Shown here in pieces: positions 56,364 through 64,000 of a stretch of 64,000 nt of DNA. Made by a program: the position numbers and the translations under genes. The stretch covers positions 260,876 to 324,875 of the forward strand of contig JAJDCB010000030.1 in the NCBI GenBank assembly GCA_029261065.1, written 5' to 3'. Source of the stretch: Candidatus Omnitrophota bacterium (GTDB lineage Bacteria > Omnitrophota > Gorgyraeia > Zapsychrales > Zapsychraceae). Every line of letters begins with the position of its first letter. Within the stretch, counting starts at the first letter, position 1. Below the pieces are notes generated by a model. The model was not told the origin of the DNA. It worked only from the letters and a program-made list of their open reading frames with translations, and did no database searches.

Positions 56364-56530
56364 AATTGTATATAGTAACAGAATATCTCAAAAATCTCTA
56401 ATAGTTTAACAATTTGTTGCCAAACTACTAGTAGCTAATTACTATTTTCTTTGGTATTATGATAACTTCCAATTAATTTAAGCATTAGACCCTTATCCAG
56501 CTGTATGCTGGATCACCACCATTCTTATCT

Positions 56531-57451
56531 ATGAAAATCATTGTTCCAGGGGCTTCAGGTTTTGTTGGTCGTAATTTCATTCTCCAAACACCTTCCGATT
56601 GGGATGTTTATGCGATTTATAACAATTCGCAAGATTTTCCAGCCTTTATCAAAGATCATGAGCTTGAACATGTTCGAGCCATAAGTTGCGACTTTACTAA
56701 TGAGGAACAACTCAATGATTTATCGAAAATAATCGGAAGTCATTGCGAGGCATGTGTTTATTTTCTTGCCAATGGAAATCCTGCCCTTTCCACGCAAGAT
56801 CCAATCTTGGACTTATCTCAAAATACTTTAGCTCTACTCGGTTTTCTGAAGACCTTTACAATTAATCGTTTTATTTATTTTTCTTCGGGAGCTGTTTATG
56901 ATAAATTAAGTGGCCCTGTGACACCGCAAAGTGCTGTGGATCCGCATCTACCTTATGCGATTTCAAAGTTAGCTAGTGAGCAATATATTAAGTTTTTTGC
57001 CGCCCGTGAAACGATTAAAGAGTACATTATCTTAAGATTTTTTGGATGCTTTGGTCCGTATGAACCTGATCGAAAGATTTACACTAAGTTAGTTAAAAAT
57101 TTTTGCATAGATCAAAAGAATGAATTTACGGTAACAGGGGATGGACAAAATCTTATCGATGCGATGTATGTGGACGATACGATTGCTGGTATTTTTAAAG
57201 TGTTAGATAGTCCACACAAAAACAAGGTTGTTGATTTTTGTAGTGCGAGACCGTTGACAATAGATAATTTGGTAAAACTTGCAGCTTCTGTTTTTGATCG
57301 AACCAATGTGAACGTGGTTCACCAAGGAGCCGTGCCTGAGTACATAGACTTTCAAGCATCCCCCGAAGAGATGCAAAATTTGTTTGATTTTAAACCACAA
57401 ATTTCCTTAGAAGAAGGATTTAAAAAACTGGCTAAGCATCTTAAAAGTTAA
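56531..57451 (+). CDS. NAD-dependent epimerase/dehydratase
   Basis: GASGFVG, FSSGAVY, YAISK. Confidence 0.88.
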   Translation: MKIIVPGASGFVGRNFILQTPSDWDVYAIYNNSQDFPAFIKDHELEHVRAISCDFTNEEQLNDLSKIIGSHCEACVYFLANGNPALSTQDPILDLSQNTLALLGFLKTFTINRFIYFSSGAVYDKLSGPVTPQSAVDPHLPYAISKLASEQYIKFFAARETIKEYIILRFFGCFGPYEPDRKIYTKLVKNFCIDQKNEFTVTGDGQNLIDAMYVDDTIAGIFKVLDSPHKNKVVDFCSARPLTIDNLVKLAASVFDRTNVNVVHQGAVPEYIDFQASPEEMQNLFDFKPQISLEEGFKKLAKHLKS

Positions 57452-57457
57452 ATTTCT

Positions 57458-58870
57458 ATGAATAAAAAAAGAATTGCAGTATTAGGAGCTGGACCCACTG
57501 GATTAACGGCGGCATGGAAATTAAGACAGGAAGGTCATGATGTTATTTTGCTTGAACGATCATCTTACGTAGGAGGATTTGGGGCAAGTTTTAAACGTGA
57601 TGGTTTTATCTTAGATTATGGCCCCCATACTTTTCATGTAAAAAAAGGTGAGGTTATTCCAATTGTCGAGTACTTGTTAGGGGATGACCTGATTCGCGGG
57701 AAACGTAATATCAGAACTCTTGCAAAGGGGAAATATCTTAAATACCCCTTTGAATTCTATAACCTTATCTCTCAACTTAATCCTTTTTTTGTAATCCGTA
57801 TGATTTTTGATTTTGTTATGGCTTCAATTATTTATAAATTTATTCATGTCGCGGATAATAATTTTGAATCTTGGGGTATCAAACGTTTTGGTAAAACACT
57901 TTATAATTTTTGTTTTGGGAGATACACGGAAAAAGTATGGGGCATGCCAGCTCATTTGATTTCACATAAATTTGCTGCTAAAAAGATTAAGGGTTTAGAT
58001 ATTAAGAGTATAATTTCCAAAATTCTCGGCGGTAAGGGTGAGGAACAGGAAATTTATTGGGAGGATTGGTTGTATCCTCGAAAGGGAAGTGGGCAGCTTT
58101 TTGATAAAATGAATCAAGATTATTTGGCTTCAGGTGGGCAACTGTCCTTAGAGTCGAATGTGACAAGAGTAAATTGTGAGGGTTCAACCGTCACATCTAT
58201 TGATTATGTAGAAAAAGGAAAAAAGAAAAATTTAAAAGTTGATGAGGTGATCTCAACTATTCCTTTAAAGAATCTTATTCTATCAATGTCTCCATCGTTT
58301 GGAGATTATATATCTTATACCGCAAAGCGATTACAGTTTCGGGGAATTGTGCTTGTATATGTGGTGATGGATACCAATGCTGCAACAGATGCCCACTGGA
58401 TTTATTTGTTGGACCCCATTTTTAAATTTAATCGTGTCACGGAACAGAAAAATTTAGTTAAGGATGTTTGTCCAGAAGGCAAGACGGTGTTGTGTTTTGA
58501 GATGTGTTGTAGCACGAAGGATCCTATATGGCAGTATACGGATGAGCAGTTTAAGGACATGATTTTTGAAGAAATAAAAAATATTAAAATCATAGACCCA
58601 AGTTTGATTAGCGATGTGTTTACTGTTAAAGTTACAGATGCCTATGCGATATGTCATCTCGGCTATGAAGAGCATCTTAAGGATTTATTAGAGCATATTT
58701 CTCAAATTAAGAATTTGGTCTCAACAGGACGCCAAGGTTTATATCTTCAGATTGATATGCATGACAGTATGGCGTTAGGATTAAACGCTGCTAAATTTGT
58801 GGTCCATGAAAATAAAGACATGTTTAGTTGGTATAAAGAGAAAACAGAATTTTTAGACTGGGATAGATAG
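57458..58870 (+). CDS. FAD-dependent oxidoreductase (UDP-galactopyranose mutase/HemY-like, polysaccharide-cluster type)
   Basis: GAGPTGL, DYGPHTF, YTEKVWG, YPRKGSGQL, STGRQG...MHDS. Confidence 0.8.
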   Translation: MNKKRIAVLGAGPTGLTAAWKLRQEGHDVILLERSSYVGGFGASFKRDGFILDYGPHTFHVKKGEVIPIVEYLLGDDLIRGKRNIRTLAKGKYLKYPFEFYNLISQLNPFFVIRMIFDFVMASIIYKFIHVADNNFESWGIKRFGKTLYNFCFGRYTEKVWGMPAHLISHKFAAKKIKGLDIKSIISKILGGKGEEQEIYWEDWLYPRKGSGQLFDKMNQDYLASGGQLSLESNVTRVNCEGSTVTSIDYVEKGKKKNLKVDEVISTIPLKNLILSMSPSFGDYISYTAKRLQFRGIVLVYVVMDTNAATDAHWIYLLDPIFKFNRVTEQKNLVKDVCPEGKTVLCFEMCCSTKDPIWQYTDEQFKDMIFEEIKNIKIIDPSLISDVFTVKVTDAYAICHLGYEEHLKDLLEHISQIKNLVSTGRQGLYLQIDMHDSMALGLNAAKFVVHENKDMFSWYKEKTEFLDWDR

Positions 58871-58890
58871 GGAAGGAAGATGTTTCTATT

Positions 58891-59868
58891 ATGAAAAAAC
58901 AATCTTTAAAGAAGATAAAAAATAAAAATATTTTTATAACAGGGGGAACCGGTTTTATTGCCTCGCATTTGTGTGAACTTTTAATCGAAGATAACAAGAT
59001 TACTGTGTATGACACCAATCAACGCGATGCTCTTAAATACACAACATTTCAAGGTCACCCCAATTTAACCTCCATTCAAGGAGATGTTTTAAATGCAGAA
59101 TATCTAAAAGATGCCATGACAGGAGCTGACATCGTTATTCATTGTGCGGCTATTGCTGGGATTTATAGTGTTGTTAAAAGTCCATCATTAACATTGAGGG
59201 TTAGTTTCTTAGGAACGTATCATGCGCTTGAGGCAGCTGTTGCCCATAAGGTCAGTCGGTTTATAGATTTTTCAACCAGTGAAGTTTATGGTCCTTTTAT
59301 ATATAAGGGAACAGAACAAGAATTAACAACACAAGGTCCTGTTGGAGAAAGTCGATGGTCGTATTCAGTGGGAAAGTTAGCGGCTGAGCATTTAACACAT
59401 AGTTATCAAAAAGAATTTAAGCTCTCAACAACGTCTATTCGTCCCTTTAATATTTATGGGCCTCGACAAATTGGTGAAGGAGCCATTCAAGGGATGACTC
59501 TTAAAGCTATTAACAACGAGCCACTTACGATATATAATGATGGAACACAAATACGGGCCTGGTGCTTTGTTCGTGATTTTGTTGATGGGGTTTTGCGAAT
59601 TATTTCAGAACCAAAGGCGAGTGGAAAATCTTTTAATTTAGGTAATCCCCAAGGCAGTATTACAAATATTGAGTTGGCGAACATGATTATTCGGCTAACA
59701 AAGTCAAAATCAAAAATAGTTTTTAAAAAACATCCTGGTCCAGAAGTAGAAATAAGAATTCCTTCCATTGATCGGGCTAAGGAAATTTTGGGATTCGATC
59801 CAAAAGTTGGTTTAGAGGAAGGTATTTTAGAGACCATTGAATGGTATAAACAAATGGATAAGAAATGA
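58891..59868 (+). CDS. NAD-dependent nucleotide-sugar epimerase/dehydratase/decarboxylase
   Basis: TGGTGFIA, STSEVYG, RWSYSVGK, RPFNIYGPRQ. Confidence 0.9.
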   Translation: MKKQSLKKIKNKNIFITGGTGFIASHLCELLIEDNKITVYDTNQRDALKYTTFQGHPNLTSIQGDVLNAEYLKDAMTGADIVIHCAAIAGIYSVVKSPSLTLRVSFLGTYHALEAAVAHKVSRFIDFSTSEVYGPFIYKGTEQELTTQGPVGESRWSYSVGKLAAEHLTHSYQKEFKLSTTSIRPFNIYGPRQIGEGAIQGMTLKAINNEPLTIYNDGTQIRAWCFVRDFVDGVLRIISEPKASGKSFNLGNPQGSITNIELANMIIRLTKSKSKIVFKKHPGPEVEIRIPSIDRAKEILGFDPKVGLEEGILETIEWYKQMDKK

Positions 59869-61451
59869 GTAAAGTAGCTGTCATTGGTGCTGGGTATTGG
59901 GGAAAGAATTTGGTGCGTACGTTTCATCAAATGGGTGTATTGGAGTGTGTGTGTGATCTAAATCCTCATATCCTTAAAAAGACTCAAGAAAAATATCCTG
60001 ATTTAAAATTGCTTAATGATTATCAAGATGTTTTTAGTGATAGCACAATCGATTGTGTTGTTATTGCGACACCGGCTGTAACGCATTTTGATTTGGTAAC
60101 CCAATCTTTAAATGCTGGCAAACATGTTTTTATAGAAAAGCCCTTGGCGCTAAATGTTGAGGAAGGGGAGAAGTTAGTTGCTTTGGCTAAACAAAAAAGT
60201 AAGACGTTAATGGTTGGCCATATTCTGCAATATCATAATGCGATTATCAAATTAAAAGAGCTTATTGATCAAGGCGAGTTAGGAAAAATACAGTATATTT
60301 ATTCGAATCGGTTGAATATAGGGAAAATTCGTAGTGAAGAAAACATTTTATGGAGTTTTGCCCCGCATGATATTTCTGTCATTCTTATGTTTCTCAATGA
60401 GATGCCCGAAAATGTTTATACAACAGGAGAAAGTTATCTTCAAAAAGGGATATACGATGTTACGATGACAAATTTAAAATTTCCTTCAGGTGTAAAGGCT
60501 CATATTTTTGTTTCTTGGATACATCCCTTTAAAGAACAAAAGTTAGTTGTTGTGGGTGATAAAAAGATGGCCGTTTTTGATGATGTTAGTACAGAGAAGT
60601 TATTTTTGTATCCTCATAAAGTCGAATGGATTGATCGACATCCCGTGGCATCAAAGGGGGAGGCGGAGGTTGTTTCCTTTAAGACGGAGGAGCCTTTGAT
60701 GAATGAATGTAAACATTTCATTGAGTGTATCGAGAAGCATAATCAACCAAAGACGGACGGTGATGAAGGTTTAGAAGTTTTACGTGTGCTGCAGTATTCT
60801 CAAGAATCCTTAAATACTTCAAAAGCTATTGAAGTCTCTTCTCGGATGCATGCGAATGATAAGTCCTACTTTGTTCATGCCTCTAGTTATATTGATGAAG
60901 ATGTTACTATTGGAGCGGGGACTCAAATCTGGCATTATTCGCATATCTTAAGTCATTCGACAATAGGAAAAAATTGTAAGATTGGGCAAAATGTTGTTAT
61001 TGGTCCTGATGCATCCATTGGTCATAATTGTAAAATTCAAAATAATGTTTCTGTTTATAAAGGTGTTACGCTAGAGGATGATGTTTTTTGCGGTCCTTCC
61101 ATGGTTTTTACTAATGTGAATAATCCACGGTGCGCTATTCCTCGGATGGATGAAATTATGACGACACTTGTTAAGAAGGGTGCCTCCATTGGAGCGAATG
61201 CGACAATTGTTTGTGGACATTTATTAGGACGCTATTGTTTTATTGGAGCGGGCGCTGTCGTCACAAAAGATGTTCCTGATTATGCTTTGGTTATCGGAAA
61301 TCCTGGTCGTATTGTTGGTTGGATGTGTGAATGTGGGGAGAAGTTAGATTTGGAAAAAAATGATCATGCCCAATGCAACAATTGTCAAAGATCCTATCAG
61401 CTTAAAGCTAATTTAGTTAACGAAATTAAGCAGTTAACGCATAAAAAATGA
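59865..61451 (+). CDS. Fused WbpB-like Gfo/Idh/MocA oxidoreductase and WbpD-like hexapeptide acetyltransferase
   Basis: GAGYWGKN, IEKPLA, APHDIS, then IWHYSH, KIQNNVSVY, FCGPSMVFTNV, GASIGANAT, GNPGRIVGWMCECG. Confidence 0.9.
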   Translation: MSKVAVIGAGYWGKNLVRTFHQMGVLECVCDLNPHILKKTQEKYPDLKLLNDYQDVFSDSTIDCVVIATPAVTHFDLVTQSLNAGKHVFIEKPLALNVEEGEKLVALAKQKSKTLMVGHILQYHNAIIKLKELIDQGELGKIQYIYSNRLNIGKIRSEENILWSFAPHDISVILMFLNEMPENVYTTGESYLQKGIYDVTMTNLKFPSGVKAHIFVSWIHPFKEQKLVVVGDKKMAVFDDVSTEKLFLYPHKVEWIDRHPVASKGEAEVVSFKTEEPLMNECKHFIECIEKHNQPKTDGDEGLEVLRVLQYSQESLNTSKAIEVSSRMHANDKSYFVHASSYIDEDVTIGAGTQIWHYSHILSHSTIGKNCKIGQNVVIGPDASIGHNCKIQNNVSVYKGVTLEDDVFCGPSMVFTNVNNPRCAIPRMDEIMTTLVKKGASIGANATIVCGHLLGRYCFIGAGAVVTKDVPDYALVIGNPGRIVGWMCECGEKLDLEKNDHAQCNNCQRSYQLKANLVNEIKQLTHKK

Positions 61452-62545
61452 TTCCTCTCCTAGATCTCAAAGCTCAATATTCTCAAATTAAAGATCAGAT
61501 CAACGCGGCTATTCGTGATGTTCTTGAATCGCAATATTTTATTCTTGGACCAACCGTCAGTGACTTTGAAAAAAATATTGTCGCATATACTCAATCTAAA
61601 TATGCCATTGGTGTGGCCTCTGGAAGTGATGCCTTATTATTGTCTTTAATGGCCATAGATCTTCGCCCTGGAGATGAGGTTATCACAACACCATACACTT
61701 TTTTCTCAACAGCCAGTTGCATTTCACGTTTAGGTGCCAAGCCAGTTTTTGTCGATATAGATCCTAAAACTTACAACATTGATCCTAATTTAATTGAAGC
61801 AAAAATTACTTTAAGAACAAAAGCGATCATTCCCGTAGATCTTTATGGACAAGCCGCTGATATGGATCCTATTATGGCTTGTGCTAAGAAACATCAATTA
61901 ACGGTCATTGAAGATGCGGCACAAGCGTTAAGCGCAACATATAAGGGAAAAAAATGTTCGACGTTAGGGGATTTGGGGGCGATTAGTTTTTTCCCTTCAA
62001 AGAATTTAGGTGGGTATGGGGATGGGGGAATGGTTATCACGGATAATGAAGAGTTGGCAGAAAAAATAAAGATTTTGCGTGTGCATGGGGCAAAACCTAA
62101 GTATTATCATGATTATATTGGTTGTGCTAGTCGTTTGGATGCTTTGCAGGCAGCTGTTTTAAATGTTAAGTTAAAGTATTTAGATCAATGGAGTCAAGGA
62201 CGTCAGAAGAATGCTAAAGAATACGATGCTTTATTTTCATCCAAGGATGTTCAAACGCCATTTATTGATGAACATTGTCAGCATGTTTACAATCAATATG
62301 TTATACGTGTTTCAAAACGTGATCCATTAAGAGATTTTTTAAAAGAAAAAGAAATCTCAACAGAGATTTACTACCCTCGACCACTTCATTTACAGAAATG
62401 TTTCGCTGATCTAGGTTACAAAGAAGGAGATTTTCCCGAATCGGAGAAGGCTGCACAAGAAACACTAGCGTTACCAATTTATCCAGAATTAAGTCAACAA
62501 AACCAACGCATGATAGTTGATACCATTAGTCAGTTTTATAATTAA
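61448..62545 (+). CDS. DegT/DnrJ/EryC1/StrS aminotransferase (WbpE-like)
   Basis: DLKAQY, SGSDAL, VDLYGQ, EDAAQ, SFFPSKNLGGYGDGG, SRLDALQAA. Confidence 0.93.
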   Translation: MIPLLDLKAQYSQIKDQINAAIRDVLESQYFILGPTVSDFEKNIVAYTQSKYAIGVASGSDALLLSLMAIDLRPGDEVITTPYTFFSTASCISRLGAKPVFVDIDPKTYNIDPNLIEAKITLRTKAIIPVDLYGQAADMDPIMACAKKHQLTVIEDAAQALSATYKGKKCSTLGDLGAISFFPSKNLGGYGDGGMVITDNEELAEKIKILRVHGAKPKYYHDYIGCASRLDALQAAVLNVKLKYLDQWSQGRQKNAKEYDALFSSKDVQTPFIDEHCQHVYNQYVIRVSKRDPLRDFLKEKEISTEIYYPRPLHLQKCFADLGYKEGDFPESEKAAQETLALPIYPELSQQNQRMIVDTISQFYN

Positions 62546-62549
62546 TCGT

Positions 62550-63611
62550 ATGAACATAATCTCACTATTTAAATCACGTCGCATTATAAACTATTTAGTT
62601 GTTTCTATTTCTCTTGTTGGTATTTTCTTTCGTTTTGAGAGATTTAATAAAAGAACGCTTTGGGGGGATGAACTTGCGCTGTTTGCATTAACCTCAGACT
62701 CACCCAATCATTCACCAGAGCTCTTACAAGATATTTTGATTTATAATATGGGGTTGATTCAATTTCCAGGTGATATTTTACTACTTTGGCCTTTTCATTT
62801 GATGTTTGGCGTCAATAAATGGGGAGTGGCATTTCCACATATTGTTCTTTCTATTTTTGGTTTTTTTCTATTCTATAAAATGTGTCGCTTGTATTTGACT
62901 ACGTTGACGGGGTTTGTTGTCGCTTTTTTAGTCTTTTCTTTTAATAATACTATGCTTTTTCATGCTTTTGAAATAAGGCCGTATAGTGTGCTTATTCCTT
63001 TGAGTATTGCCACATTTTTGGTCATGAGATATTTGGTTGATGACGTATCTCCCTCTCGAAAAAAAGTAATTTTATTTAATACTTATATTGTTTTTACATT
63101 ATTATTTCATTTATATGGAGTCCTCATGTTAGCTCTTACATACACGTTTCATATGATTTGTTCTCGTAAAGAGACGCTGTTATTAACATTGTTAAAACAT
63201 ATCAGACATTATTGGTGGGCCATATTAATAGGCGGACCTTATTGGGCGACTTTTACGTTTGGATTTGATACGGCTTTTATGCATTGGGATACTTTTGCAT
63301 TTATTGATAAAGGATTTATTTCTGTTTTAAAGGGCATTGTGGGGAATTTGGTTGGGGCTCGGTTGTTATATATTTTTCTTTTTGGATTTGTGCTTTATTT
63401 TTTTAGACATAAGCTATGGTTTAAACAGAGCATGTTTGTAGTCATTTTAGTCATAGTTCCTATCAGCTTCATTTTATATTCTTGTGTGGCAAACCATTAC
63501 TGGTTTATTCAGCGTCTTTTTATTTGGGTGATGCCCTGGTTTGCTTTTCTTCTTGGTTGGCAGTGGGATACTTTGACAAACATGTTATTAAATAAAATAG
63601 AGAAGACATGA
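62550..63611 (+). CDS. Polytopic membrane protein, GT-C (ArnT/PMT-like) glycosyltransferase candidate
   Basis: LWGDE first-loop acidic motif, EIRPY motif, many TM helices. ATG at 62550 preferred. Confidence 0.6.
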   Translation: MNIISLFKSRRIINYLVVSISLVGIFFRFERFNKRTLWGDELALFALTSDSPNHSPELLQDILIYNMGLIQFPGDILLLWPFHLMFGVNKWGVAFPHIVLSIFGFFLFYKMCRLYLTTLTGFVVAFLVFSFNNTMLFHAFEIRPYSVLIPLSIATFLVMRYLVDDVSPSRKKVILFNTYIVFTLLFHLYGVLMLALTYTFHMICSRKETLLLTLLKHIRHYWWAILIGGPYWATFTFGFDTAFMHWDTFAFIDKGFISVLKGIVGNLVGARLLYIFLFGFVLYFFRHKLWFKQSMFVVILVIVPISFILYSCVANHYWFIQRLFIWVMPWFAFLLGWQWDTLTNMLLNKIEKT

Positions 63612-64000
63612 ATATAGCGCTTGTTACAGGATCTAGCGGTTTAATTGGTTCTCAGGCCTGTGAGTTTTTTGCCAAAGAAAATTTTCATATCGTTGGTATC
63701 GATAATGATATGCGTAGTTATTTTTTTGGTGAAGAGGCCTCGACGGATTGGAAAAGAAAACAGCTTGAAGAGAAATTAACAAAATATACGCATCGCGCTA
63801 TTGATATTCGAAATTTTAGTGATTTAGAGATTATTTTTAAAGAATACCAATCAGATATCAAGCTTATTATTCACACCGCAGCACAACCTTCCCATGATTG
63901 GGCTGCTCGTGAGCCGCTTACGGATTTTTCCATTAATGCCAATGGAACTCTGAATTTGTTAGAACTCACCCGTCAATATTCTTCTAATGCCGTTTTTATT
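63608..64000 (+). CDS. NAD-dependent epimerase (CDP-paratose 2-epimerase-like), truncated by window end, not in ORF track
   Basis: Manual translation MNIALVTGSSGLIGS...IDNDMRSYFFG...IHTAAQPSHDWAAREP...NANGTLNLLE. ATGA overlap with the previous gene. Confidence 0.88.
   Translation, partial: MNIALVTGSSGLIGSQACEFFAKENFHIVGIDNDMRSYFFGEEASTDWKRKQLEEKLTKYTHRAIDIRNFSDLEIIFKEYQSDIKLIIHTAAQPSHDWAAREPLTDFSINANGTLNLLELTRQYSSNAVFI

Noticed and set aside
56495-56513. Hairpin ATCCAGC-TGTAT-GCTGGAT in the polysaccharide operon leader as a JUMPstart/ops element
   Set aside because: No GGCGGTAG ops motif, and a 7-bp stem alone is insufficient evidence.
59487-59930. 147-aa antisense ORF and the many other 60-105 aa nested or antisense ORFs in the track
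   Set aside because: They lie within well-supported genes and lack recognisable motifs, so they were treated as shadow ORFs.
1-64000. CRISPR arrays, tRNA/rRNA genes, transposases, integrases, prophage genes
   Set aside because: None recognised by manual reading. Intergenic spaces are short and no regularly spaced repeats were seen, but tRNAscan/Infernal were not run.

Overview
AT-rich, gene-dense chromosomal segment of a diderm bacterium (TonB-dependent receptor, MlaEFD, GspK, polysaccharide genes). The lineage cannot be fixed from sequence alone; an uncultured PVC-type/Omnitrophota-like organism is only a guess. Most of the window is housekeeping or signalling: histidine kinases, a diguanylate cyclase, glgB/GH57, EndoQ+UvrD, yadGH-like ABC, a carbamoyltransferase-SxtJ-DUF5989 trio, xth, mlaEFD, metH/metF, a stand-alone NuoF-like protein, an ECF sigma/anti-sigma redox cluster and the start of a nucleotide-sugar/surface polysaccharide cluster. 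No rRNA, tRNA, CRISPR array or transposase was seen. The standout is a co-oriented locus at about 28.4-37.0 kb: TonB-dependent receptor, orphan peptide-binding protein, a 34-aa Cys-Cys-Trp precursor peptide missing from the ORF track (32306-32410), a long hairpin, a radical SAM/SPASM maturase, a Cache-HAMP histidine kinase, an AraC-type response regulator and a pseudo-receiver. A shared ~41-bp promoter element lies upstream of both the peptide operon and the regulator. Together this looks like an autoinducing, RiPP-based signalling circuit (inference). Several genes (metH, metF, ZIP, a response regulator) appear to be leaderless.
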